This document shows positions 52,556-64,000 of a stretch of 64,000 nucleotides of DNA, piece by piece; position 1 is the stretch's first letter; each line of letters begins with the position of its first letter. This DNA comes from Camelus ferus (Eukaryota). The position numbers and the translations under genes were made by a program. A model generated the notes under the pieces. That model was given only the letters and a program-made list of their open reading frames with translations, did no database searches and was not told the origin of the DNA. The stretch lies in assembly GCF_009834535.1 (NCBI RefSeq), contig NC_045698.1, positions 6,574,001 to 6,638,000 on the forward strand. Direction: 5' to 3'.

Positions 52556-53675
52556 TTTTGTTATTGTAACAAAAGGAATTGTCCCTTAAACCCAAAAGGT
52601 GGCGGTCTAAAGGGTTAGGGTTAATCTATCCTATGAGCCGGTACCTACCAGAACTTCACCTTCCTGGGCCTTGCTGCTTAATCTATAAAATGAATTTGGT
52701 GTGTTTGGATTATTGTCTTTAGCGCCAGTCTCAGGCCTGGAAAATCTAGTTGTCTGGGAATTTGGGTTCTTCCTCTCCGTTGCATAATTGCAAAGACTCA
52801 TTCTGTGCCTATCGCGACACTTTTTTCTCCTACCGACTCTTCCAGGAAAAGAAAAAAAAAAAAAAACTAAACTAGGAAACAGCAATTTGATGCCCTCTAG
52901 CATGTAAAGATGTTCTGAGAGGGTCACAGAACAAGTTTTTGATATGAAGTACAAAAGGAAAAGTAAATTTATTCTCTATAAATCAGCGTTTCTCCTTTCA
53001 TATGAGAATGGGGAGGAGCAGTTATGTGTCACCATCTGTAAAGGTCCCAAAAGCTGGTGACAGATACGTCTCATTTTTTGCCTTAGTGATGATAATTTTG
53101 TTCTAAATCTTAAAATCAGCTATCTTCTAAAAAAAAATGATCAGATCATCTCCTGGTCTTTCTCAATGTTTCAGGATAATGTAGGAAGTATAAACCTGAA
53201 GTAACTGCCTGAAACTCAGAAGAGCATCTGCCAAGGATACACTTTCCTCAAATGTTACGCTGTTCCTCTGTGTAAGGATATCAGTAATAAGCCAGTTAAT
53301 GAGATACGGACGGCAGGCTCGCATCCAGCGTGCAGATTCAGGCAGCTAATGCTCAGATTGCCCATCAGTCCATAGACGGCGGCTACAAACTGCTCCAAGC
53401 CTGCATGAGGAGTCCACAGGCTCAAGCTCTGGGATGGACCACGGAAAGTGTCCACAAAGGGCTGGATCTCCATGTTTAAAGTCAAGTTCTCTGTGAAACA
53501 TATCACAAGAAGTTTGAATTGCTGTGAGTGGCATTGCCACCTCCATGGAGCATGTCTGAGCATCAGTATTTGGGGGACCTGATGACAGCTAACAGGCAGA
53601 CAGGTACAGGAAGCCGAGGGGCTCGAGCAGGGAGTCCAAAGGAGGACAGATTTTACAGTTGGATTTGCACCCATT

Positions 53676-54037
53676 TGTGTTAGCATAACAAGGGCGAGGC
53701 ACCGCAGGCTGGGTGGTGTGAGCAACAGCATTTGTTTCTTACAGTTACAGAGGCTAGAAACCCTAACTCAGGGTGTCGGCCAATCCAGTCCCCTGTAAGG
53801 GCTCTCCTTCTGACTTGCAGACGGCCACCTTCTTGCTGTGTCCTTAGACGGCACAGAGAGAGAAGCCAACTCTCTGCTGTCTCCTCGTACAAGGGCACTA
53901 ATCCCCTCATGGGTGTCCTACCCCATGACTTCTTCTCACCCTAATTACCTCCCAAAGGCCCTATCTGCAAATAATATCACATTAGGAGTTAGGATACCAA
54001 CATACGGTTTGGGGGGGACACAATTGAGTCCTTAGCA
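53676..54037 (-). mobile_element. MLT1A0-type ERVL-MaLR solo LTR
   Basis: gacttgcagacggccaccttcttgctgtgtcct, aagggcactaatcccctcatg, taattacctcccaaaggccc, ggggacacaattgagtccttagca. Confidence 0.9.
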
Positions 54038-55630
54038 ATAAGTACGAAAGTATTTTTTAAAAGCATGTTTATGAGTTAATTTACATTCATGATTGGTATG
54101 CTTAAATCTGATTTCTGTCCGTCTTCTGCTAAAAAATCTAAAAATGCATGTTATAAAATACAGTATTCAAGACATCCACGTAGGAAAATTTTGTTGATTA
54201 CTCAAAGCTAAATGTTTTCAATCACTTCTTAATTTGGGGAGGAAAATGGGGAAAATGTTTTCCTCATCTTGACATGTTTAACAATTTGAAACAGAACCAA
54301 ATGTTCCAAGTTTACATTTTCTAGCTCCCAGAAATCATGGAATTCCTTATTTCATAGAATTCATTCTTCTCCTGTCATTGAAAGTGTACAATACAATCAA
54401 ATGAAAATAAATACTATATTAAAGCCATGTATTCTTCTACTGATAAGAAACTGATAAGCCTTTGTCAATGTGTTTTGAAAAATTTTACATGATTTGTTGC
54501 CTTCAGACTTTAATGTGGTTGGTTATCTATTATCTTTTCTGTGCTTCTTGTAGCGAGTAAGCGTCCAATTATTCCCTCTGTTGGTGTCTTAGATGTTCCT
54601 AAACCTTGCTGAACAAGAAGCACATGGCTTCTCTTGGGACCTAACCCCAAAGATGGCTAAGTAAACTCAATACTGACAGTCTCACTATAATTTATATCAT
54701 TTGTGCAAATGCTTATTTTCTTAGTCACAGGCTTCGCCCTGAATTTACATTAGAGATTTCCTAGCACAGAAATCATATTTAAAAGCTCTGGTGCAAAGAC
54801 CAGGTAGAGAGCTATCTGGGCAAAGCAGGGTCAGCGAATGGTGGGAAGGCTGACTCACAGGTATTAATCCACGACTTGGTTTCACTCTCCTGGAGGTTCA
54901 CACAGAGGCTGCTCACTGAATTTTCCAGAGTGTCCCAGCGGCATGGGAGAACCAACGTTTATCACCTACGGCGAAACTAAAGCAATGACCAAGCTCTAGC
55001 TCCGTTGGCACCAGACACAAATGCCGTTAGCACTAGCGTCAGCTACCTGAAGCCTCAGCCTGGGCCCGTTGTTAAGGATGAAGCAAGGTCTCTAACTGGA
55101 AATTGAGAAGGCAGTTCTTTGCTGTCCAGTACTGGTGGCTCCAACAATAGAAAGGCATGGAGAATAACAATTTTCCAAGTAAATGTCCACAGTCACCTGT
55201 TTGTATACCACAGAATCAAAGCGAGGGTCATAAACACCTGCTCAAAAACAACACCTCATTATCATTCTCTCACATCTTGCTGCCTCCCTTCCCTGAAAGA
55301 TGCACCTTTAGAAATGGTGTAATTAGAGATACTTAACAACTCAAGCTCTATGTGGAGGAAACAGTGGTGGCACAGCCCTTCAGAGACCACCAAGTGAGAG
55401 GCATGCAACCAATTTTTTTTTTAATTTATCAAAGAATATGTGCAGTCTAAATAGTTTGGTGTGCTCCCACACACCTCCATACATGCTTGGCATTTGCCAC
55501 TCTGTGTGCCTAAAAAGGGACTTTCATTCTATCCTATAAACTCTAAGTTAGTCTTTCTAACTAGGAAATCAGGGACCAAAGAGATACCAGGACTACGACA
55601 CTTCTTAAAAGATAAAAAACACAAATGTCT

Positions 55631-56052
55631 TAGATGGTCTTAGAGATGCTCATACTAAGTGAAGTCAGTCAGACAGAGAAGGACAAGTAGCACGTGGTAT
55701 CACATACATGGAATCTAAAAAACAATGATAGGAATGAACTTATTTACAAAATGGGAACAGACTCACAGACACAGGAAGCAAACTTATGGTTACCAAAGGG
55801 GAAAGGATGGGTTGGGATAAATTAGGAGTTTGGGATTAATGGATACACACTACTATATACAAAATAGATAAACAACAGGTCCTACTGTAGAGCACAGGGA
55901 GCCATATTCAATATCTATAATATCAATAACTATAATGAAAAAGAATCTAAAAAATAATATATATATATAAAAAAAACTGAAACACTTTGCTGTACACCAG
56001 AAATTAACACAACATTGTAAATCAATATTTCAATTAAAAAATGAATAAATAG
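55631..56052 (+). mobile_element. 5'-truncated L1 3' end (artiodactyl L1_Art-like)
   Basis: catactaagtgaagtcagtcagacagagaa...ctgtacaccagaaattaacacaacattgtaaatc. Perfect 15-bp TSD aaaacacaaatgtct at 55616-55630 and 56053-56067. Confidence 0.93.
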
Positions 56053-57154
56053 AAAACACAAATGTCTCTATCATTGCCCTATATATTTCCATTGTTATGA
56101 TGGCTGCATTGCTAAATGCAATCTTGGCTAAAAGAATGGAAGCTGCTACAACCAGCTGTGATCCCAGACTCCCCCCAACTGTAGCGCTGGGAGCGTCCAT
56201 ATCCCAAACCTGAGCTAAATAGATGCCAAGTCTTCCCAAAACTCAGGGTGCACCTATGTCTCAGCTCTCACAAAGACTCAGGTTGTGGGAGAACGCTCTT
56301 CATTTACTTCAAATAAGAAATCCTTATTTGGGAAAGACATGACCTGAACAAAGCAGACAAATGATTCTCAAGTGCAAAGCAAGGCTTCTGACACAACCAG
56401 CACGAAGCCAAAGTTCACCAAAACAATCAGAAAGAGAGGGGAGATGGTGATAAACTGAATTTGAAAGAGTTGCTTTAGATCCAGAAGAAAACAAAGCCAC
56501 ACAAAAATGTACCGTATCACCTCAATAGTAAAGGCTGTCAACAGCCTCTGGGAAGGATAGGAGGTCAGGACCGTATTGTCAGTCATTAAGCACAATTTTC
56601 CTGGCAACTTCATTTGTTTGTTTGTTTTAAACTCGGTCACTTGCAATCATTCTATGAAGAAAACATTCTTTATTTTGCGTAGGAAGAAAACATAGTGGAG
56701 CCAGTACAAAAATAAAGCAGCCAGCATCTAAACCATAAAAAAAAAAAAAAAGAAAGAAAAAATCTCGGGCTAAAAATGGATACTCTCATTTCGTCTATGA
56801 AATTATAGGTTTGGCAGGTGCTCCAGGCCACCAAGGCCGCCGCTGCCAGGGCGACCCCTCTCTGTCCCAAAGCAGCCAGCTCCCCTCCAGCGGAGCCACG
56901 GAACAGGAAACGGCAGAGTGTGTTTAATATGCAGGTAGTAGGTGCCGAGACCCCCAGATTCGTTCCAAACCAGCAGATGTAACAATCAAACCTAGACTGG
57001 AGCATGTTCCCCACACAGCAGTGACCGTTACCCGCTGGAAGTGTTTTTCACTGTTTTGTGACTTTGGGGCAATGTTATCTATGTTGTGGTTACTGGCTGA
57101 GAAGCCACACTCTGAAGGCAAATCCAGAAGAGTCTTTTAAAATCAGTGATGCTA

Positions 57155-57372
57155 TAGCAGATTTCCTCCACACTGGGAGTACTGATATTTGGGGCCAATA
57201 ATTCCGTTGTGGGGGCCAACCTGTACATTTGGGATGACTGGCAACATCCCTGGCCTCTCCTCTCTAGAGGCCAGTAGCATCCAGCACTGTCCCCCAGCTG
57301 TGAAAACAAAAGTGTCTTTAGACATTGCCAGATGTCCCCTGGAGAGTAAAATCACCGGGCTGAGAGCCTCAG
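57155..57372 (-). mobile_element. MER20 DNA transposon
   Basis: atttggggccaataattccgttgtgggggc...acatccctggcctct...agacattgccagatgtcccctgg...aaaatcacc. Confidence 0.88.
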
Positions 57373-58779
57373 CACTGGAGCCACGGGATGGCCGAGCTTT
57401 CAGATGCAGGCGCTGAACAGGACGGGCTAAATCTATCTGCTGCTCTAGAACTATCTTTAGCAGGAGCTAGACAATATCTAAGTTCCCATTTCTTATAAAG
57501 AATATGCATATATTTCCATCTGCTTAGAAAACTTCTGGAAAAAAAACATAAGAGACTTAATCGTGCTTGTCTCCGAGGAGGCGGCTCTTATTTGCATCTT
57601 GTGGACTGCTTTTCAAACATTTAAAAAATAACTTAAATAATTTTTTGTTATTTTAAATTCTAGTGTTTGATTTTTTTTTAAAAAAATGAGGGGATTTTTG
57701 TTTTATTTTTTAAGTCAAATTACAACTTAAATGGGGCTCTCTGACCCACTTGAACCTCAAAGCCTCAGCTAGGGGAGCTGCGCCCAGGGCACCAGGATAT
57801 GAGTGCTGGCCTCTGTCGGCCCTGGCACTGCAGCTCGCTGGCCGTCACCACCCCCTCCGAGTGGAAATGGGGAGAAAATGTGGGAAAGTGCCACAAGGGC
57901 CCCCAGTGACTGCTGGCTGTGTGGCAGCTCCGCCCTCGAACAAGATCATCACGACGAATGGACTCGGGCCTCCTTCCAAACGGATGCTGGTGGCCGGTGC
58001 TACCCGCTGGTGACTGCAGGTTGGCCGCACCACATCTCCACGGAGCAGTGTGTGTGTAGCCGGGGGTGGGGGGGTCCATGTGGCACGGGTCTCCCAGCAT
58101 CACCCGAAGCCTCTCACCGCATCATTCGTTTCAGGAGTCCCAGTTCCGTCATCTGAACGCACTCGAAGGCTGGATGACAGGCGGCCACTTAGTTCTGGGT
58201 TCTGGCTGCCCACCTGAAGCCCTAAGGAAACAGCATGCAGGGTCCCAGGCCCATCCCGGACTCACTGAAGCAGCACCCCTAGGTGCGCGGCCCCAGGGTC
58301 TGTTTCAACAGGTTACCCGGTGACTCCTAGGAAATTTTCTGCTTATTTGTGAAATTTTTTTGATTTTTCAGGTTAATATCAGAATCTTACGAAAAATACA
58401 ATAACTTTCCCAAGAGCTGAAATCTAAAGATTTTCCCCCAAAGTCTCCATGTATCAATCTTGAAACAGGTGGGAGAAATTTCTTCATCATTCCTCAGAAA
58501 AGTGTTTCCATCACCCCCAGTGAGAGAAGCTCATGTATCAGTCACAGTGCTCTGGGCTGCTGCCTGGAGATATTTAATTACACCGTTCTGGGTCCCAGTC
58601 ACTGTCCAAAGTGCCAAGGTGACACCTGACAGGCCCCAGAAGCATGAATAAGAGTGTGGAAGGCACTAACGTGGAGAAGCAAGAACAGAACAACTTTCGT
58701 GAGCAGCTCCATGTGGCGAAGTTTAGAGACCCTGGCAGGGAATGTGGAGATGAGATCACACGTTAAAGTGATGCTCAGC

Positions 58780-59422
58780 TGTGGACCAGAAGTTTCCTTC
58801 AGCTTGACTAAACTTAGGCACATTTCTTCCTGACTCTGGGACCCTGACTTCCCTTTTCTTGTAGCATTCACTTTACAAAACTGACCACTGTCCATTCTTC
58901 CTCTGCCCCTCTGAGATACAAATCTTCTCCCAGCCTCTTGCCAGTTTTACAACCCAGGATTGTTTGTCTCGAGGACCCAGGAACCATCCTGTTGAAATGT
59001 GATCCTCAGGGAAGATGGGGCCCATCTCTGTGGGAGGGTGGGACCATAACTGACGGGTGCCAATCAGCAAGCACAGGTGGCCTCATCACACCAGCCCACA
59101 CCTCCCCATGCCCTCCAGTACTTCTCCACGAGCTCACCCCCACAATTTCAAGCTCCTCCACTTTTCATTTCAGTGGGTGTGAGCTCAGTCTCTCTCTTCT
59201 GTTGCAATTGTTACGACCTCTAGTGCAATAGTCTTTTTTGTTTTGGAGGGAAGTAATTAGGTGTCTGTTTATTTGTATCAGAGGTCCTGGGGATTGAATC
59301 CACAACCTCGTGCGTGCTAAGCACATGCTCTACCACTGGGCTATACCTTCCCCCTGTAATAGTCTTGAATAATGTCTTCCATACCTAACATCTAAATTCT
59401 CCCATGCAATTTTTCTTTGACA
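58780..59422 (+). mobile_element. ERV1 solo LTR (MER67C-like), split by a SINE
   Basis: tttccttcagcttgactaaact..., cagcctcttgccagttttacaacccagg, tccagtacttctccacgagctcacccc, ending gcaatttttctttgaca. Confidence 0.8.
59236..59354 (-). mobile_element. Camelid tRNA-derived SINE (Vic-1-like) nested in an ERV1 LTR
   Basis: Same family as the 14394 copy. TSD tgcaatagtctt/tgtaatagtctt at 59224-59235 and 59355-59366. Confidence 0.9.
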
Positions 59423-60119
59423 TTATCGAAGGGACCTGCATACAAGGAAAGTCTGTTTCTTACTTTATTTCAAGAGCAATGTGAATGCAGTGAGGTCTCA
59501 GAGCTCGGGTGCAAAGCTCTGAGTGTGGCTGTGTACAGGGGAAATCAGGGTAATAGTGGGAGGCCATGTGGAAGCAGGGGGCAAGCCAGTCAAAGGAAAA
59601 GGAGTCATGAGGCCAGGGAAAGAATTATGCTCAATCTATCCATGTAGTTGAAGAGAACAGAAAAGAAGGGCTAGAATATTTGGGGGCTGGAGTTGTTTAT
59701 GAGATGGAATTTGGCAGCTATTAGGAAAGGATTGTGAAAACAAGGGGGACAGAATTTAGAATGATTCTGAGATTTTTAGTTTGAGAAGCCAGGTAAATGT
59801 ATTTATATACAAAGATAAGGAAATCCGCTCACCAAAGAATCATTAAGTGAATGCAATCTGTTCTTCTGTTACTATAAAGTTATTGTTTTCAATGTTTATC
59901 ATAAATATTCCAGAGTTAATGATCTGGGGTTGGTTTCACCTGGGAAGTGGGCCGGTTCTCCTCATTCCTCCTCTTCCCATGCAGCAGCTAAAAACCGGCA
60001 TCCACTCCCAACAAGCATTTCTAAAATGCTCTTCGAAGTCGTTGCCAAGGGGAAGACTGTGTTTTCAGATCAATGTGTCTCAGATTTATCACAGGAGTGG
60101 GCAGACGTGATGGAAAAGG

Positions 60120-61015
60120 AGAGCGCGGCTGGGCAACCCCAGCGCAGAGACGAGTTTCACTGTTCACAGGAAGAACCAGCAGGCAGTGGGAGCGGGCATC
60201 CTCACGAATGAGCGCTCAAATCAGTTCTCTTCCCCAGATGCAACATTTCAGCCCTTTTCACCTCAAGGACCCCATGAACAAAGGGAACCCGATGCCAGGA
60301 GCATGAGCTGCACGAGCTGCCCTGGGCCCAGCCGAGCTCTCCTCAGTCCCGGATGAGGACTTCCAGCGCTGTCCACTTCCACGGGCGGGAGCTTGAGGGC
60401 GCTCGCTGGGGGACCCCAAGGTTCCACTTGGCCACGCCGCTGCGCAGAACTCCGCAGCTAGGAAAGCGGGCTGGGGCGAATGAAGCTCTGTGTCTCCTTG
60501 CACAGACCAGAGAGCTGTAAGAAGGGGTGGCTTCCCACCTTGACAGAACTTGGTAAATAAGCCCCAGGAGCCTCTGAGCCAGGATCAAGCTGAGGCAGGC
60601 CACAGCAGCTCTGCGCCTGCAGGTGGGGGCCGGGGTGGGCGCAGGCCCGAGCCCGTCCTGGCCCGGCACGGGCCTGGAGCCGTGCCTGCAGGAGGCTGGC
60701 TCCTTGTGCAGAATTACTAAATGCTACAAACAAGGGCGCACTGCAGATGAAAGTTGTCTGGGTTTATGAGTCATCACACCATTCAGGCCACTAAAACTTC
60801 AAAGTCCTCTGACTAACGAAGTCCAGCTAATCCTTACAGCACCCCAGCGAGCTCGGGAAGGAAATAAGCATCATGACCCCCATTTTACGGGGAGCAGAGA
60901 GAGGTAAGAAGCTTTGCTCAGGGCGACAGGAAGACGGGCATTAGTCACATCTTGGGGACGACTAAGCCCAGGTTGGGAGGGGACAGCAGGTGCCCCGCTC
61001 CACTGACTCACGCTG
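60120..61015. promoter_or_regulatory. GC/CpG-rich intronic element with AP-1 sites (candidate enhancer)
   Basis: Visibly high GC and CpG density at 60120-60740. TGAGTCA at 60767-60773 and TGACTCA at 61004-61010. Confidence 0.4.
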
Positions 61016-62068
61016 CTCCCCAGCACGTAGGGAGGTCAGCTAAGGAGTGTCTCCTTACTCAGAAGGAAACTGGTGATTCAATTTTATTTAAAATAAAAGA
61101 AGTGGGCATGGTTTTTTGTTGAAGCTTTAAGAACAGTAAATGACAGTAATTTGGCCAAATTAGAAATGTCTGGCTGGAGGCGCTGGCAGACTCCTCCACT
61201 ACTGGGGTGTAGACGGTACAGTTTTGACAAATCTCACCCAGAGTTGGACCAGCAACCCCCAGACCGCCTCCCTGACGGTGGCCCCTATGTTCCACTTTCC
61301 ATGGCAACCTGAAAAGTTTAGGCATGAATAGTAAACAGTCCTTAGTGGTTTTTTTTCCATCTTCCTTTACCTAAATTATGTTTTTCTGAATATGTAGTTA
61401 TACTGTGGGAAATTTTGAACAATACAGAAAGTAAAAAGACAGTAACACTGGTGTGGGACCTCTTATTGGCGGATTATAAAAGAGCTCTGGTAGTAACCTC
61501 GAGGGCATGCAAATTTTTATGCATTTAAATACATTTCTATTATGTAAAGCTAGGGTTATTTTTACCTCGTTTTACCGAAATCCCTAAATATCATTTAAAA
61601 ATATAGATGAAATGGGTACGTAACAATTCATCAAGCGGTGGTCTCCTTGTGTTTAGCTGATCCCCAGCTACTGGGTAATTTGGAGGCTTCCAATTACTGT
61701 TATCATGACACTAGATAAACATTCCTCATCAAGCTTTCTGATTGTTTCCTTAGGGCAAATTTATAGAAGATGAAATACTGAGTCAATGGATTCACGCATA
61801 TTTAAAGGTTTTCATATATACCACACTCCAGCATGTGGTATCAATTTCTACTTTCGCCTAGTTTAAGAGGTTAATTTTTCTGATCCCTCCGAAATTCCTC
61901 CACTGGTGGGGCTTAAGAGTGGGGATAGGTTGCAATCATGGCTAGAACACTTGGCATAAAGCCATGTTTAAAGGAAACATAGATTTTAGGCAGACGGAAT
62001 GCTTATTTGGGATGGCTAGTAAGGGCTTCCAGTGAATGGAGAAAACTAACATTTCTCCATTCCCCTCA

Positions 62069-62125
62069 AAAGCCACCACCATTCATTAAAGCCACCACCA
62101 TTCATTAAAGCCACCACCATTCATT
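62069..62125. repeat. Perfect 19-bp tandem repeat x3 (aaagccaccaccattcatt)
   Basis: Copies at 62069, 62088 and 62107. Confidence 0.97.
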
Positions 62126-62905
62126 AAGCAACTGTGGAGAACCATCCATGAATAAGGCCCTTGCAAGGAAGGTGATCTCATTTTACACTTGAGAAAAATG
62201 AGGCTCACAGAAATTCTCTGACTTGATCATAATGTGATGAAGCCAAGATGGCAGTCCCCAGCTGTCTGCTCCCTCCCACACAGGTAAGAATGGGAATCCT
62301 AACCATACTGGGGACCCTGAGCAGGGTGGGTAAGAGGCCCTGTTGATCAGAGTTATCAGCCCTCCTCTTCTTCAATCCTAGGTCCAAAGCAAACTTCGTC
62401 TTGCAATGAGCCCCATCAGGCTGGTACTAAAGGAGCACTCTGTAAGAGCCGTGGGTGTTTGGAGTACTTACACCCTAAGGCACAAATGGTTTTGAAGGCA
62501 AGCTTGGAGGCAGGCAACTGTGGATGTTAGTCCTGCCTCTCAAACTTATGACATATGTGACTTTGGACCTGCCACTCACCCCGCATTTACAGAATGAAGA
62601 TAATTAAATGTTAAGGAGACAGTGCATGCAGAGGGGTTGTCCCAATGTCTGAAACATGCTAAATACTCCAGAAATGGCCCCTAAGAAGAGGGACATGTTG
62701 GGAGAATTTCTGTTATTGCAGCGAGGTAGTGAAGACATGGCACAGGTATCTGACTCACAAAGAGAATGTACTCTGGTTTCCACACACTGCAAACTCCATC
62801 CTCAGGATGTCACCATGTTTCCCTGGGCTGCATTACTCAGGCAGGCACAATTAGAAAAGTTCCAGGAATGGCAAGTTCCCGCTCCCTGAAGTGTTTGCTT
62901 CAAAA

Positions 62906-63622
62906 TGTTAGAGCAGGCAGGTAGCTAGACATGAGCAGAGAAAGGCGGACATAGTCCCAATGGCAGAAAACCATACACTTTGCGAACAACGGTGATCCTT
63001 AGACAGATCAGGAAAAACAGGATCCTCCAGACTGATAAAAAAAAAAAACATACCCTCTGGGTTGATAAGTGTCCTGGAGGCAGAAGGGCAGGGCAGGGGT
63101 GGGACAGGAATCCCCACCACTCAAATGTAACCTTTTGATCATCATGGCCTCCGTCCAAATGTAACCTTCTGCTGATGATACCTCCCCATCCGAATGTAAG
63201 CTTTTGTTCATTGTGACCTCATCCAAACTCCTGAGCAAGACTAAATAAGGACAGGAATTTGACACAACATTGTAAAATGACTCTAACTCAATAAAAAAAA
63301 TGTTAAAAAAAAAATAAAAAGAAAGATTAAATAAGGACCAAAAAAGTCCCTCCTCCCCACCTGGGAAGGTGGAGCTGGGATGAAGATCAGGAAAGACGAC
63401 CCCAAACCCCTCCCTGCCAATGAATATTCTGCCCATTCACTTTTACACCCACATAACAAGCTTGCCAAGGAAACTCAGGGCAGCTACCCACCTGGGTCTG
63501 CCCGCTCTTTCCTTGAGAATGTACTATCTACCTGTTAATAAATCCTTGCTTTGCTCTCTTGATCTCCATGTCTTGTTTCTGAATTCTTTCTGCGACAAGA
63601 CAAGAACCTCTCACCCCCAACA
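62906..63622 (+). mobile_element. ERV1-class solo LTR (MER50/MER87-like)
   Basis: TGTT...AACA termini, 4-bp aaaa TSD, AATAAA near 63537, and a U5-like end ctgaattctttctgcgacaagacaagaacc. Family name from recall of the 5' end tgttagag...agacatgagcag. Confidence 0.85.
63253..63322 (+). mobile_element. 70-bp L1 3' tail nested in an ERV1 LTR
   Basis: gaatttgacacaacattgtaaaatgactctaactcaataaaaaaaa. 16-bp TSD aagactaaataaggac/aagattaaataaggac at 63237-63252 and 63323-63338. Confidence 0.88.
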
Positions 63623-64000
63623 AAAAGAATTCTGCAGCAATCTTGTGCAATGGCTAAGAGCTATGGTTCTGGGGAAACAGAAAAAACTAGATTCCACAAC
63701 CAACTCTGCCCAAGACCACCCTGCAGCCTTGAGCACTTACTCGTTCTCTATCAGCCTGTGTGCAAAACAAGGATCATCACGGTTCCTGCCCGCTGCAAGG
63801 AGTGAAGAACACAACACTACACGTGCAAAGGTGAGGGTGAAAATGCCTGATGCATAAAAAACAAATAAACTAATTGCAGATATCACGGTAATCGTGAAAG
63901 CTATCTACCTGTCTTCCTGGCGTGCTCCTCCAATCACTTGGTAGAATCCCACCTCCGCACATCTTTGAAGTAGGCAACAGCCAGGTAATCTCTCTAGCTG

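Noticed and set aside
62069..62125. Possible CRISPR-like repeats (also 63123-63224)
   Set aside because: Contiguous tandem units with no unique spacers, eukaryotic context, no cas genes.
1..64000. Window-wide excess of forkhead GTAAACA/TGTTTAC sites, or a novel multi-gene system
   Set aside because: My rough count of about 17 sites is not far above the dozen or so expected by chance for this composition. There are no coding genes that could make up a new system.

Overview
Mammalian non-coding DNA, very likely camelid (alpaca, llama or camel), judged from three tRNA-derived Vic-1-type SINEs and cetartiodactyl L1 3' ends. No credible protein-coding ORF is present; the six-frame ORFs are chance ORFs or come from repeats. 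The window reads as the inside of a very large gene transcribed on the minus strand. It has one clear 95-nt exon at 35238-35332, with a strong polypyrimidine/CAG acceptor and a TTG|GTAAGT donor. Its size, non-coding character and isolation between very long introns fit my recollection of the 95-nt 5'UTR exon of FOXP1; this is recall, not an alignment. A second donor 1.28 kb upstream (36611) suggests an alternative first or cassette exon that would create two tandem uORFs. The rest is a typical interspersed-repeat landscape (L1, L2, MIR, MER20, MER2, MER58A, Tigger4/MER46, MLT1A, two ERV1 solo LTRs with nested insertions), simple repeats, and repeat-poor blocks with enhancer-like motif clusters. 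I found no evidence of a new multi-gene system. The most unusual observations are a 42-bp locally templated insertion inside an L1 fragment, the tandem-uORF leader, and an inverted forkhead-site cluster. Repeat family names come from recalled consensus sequences, and boundaries of old repeats are approximate.
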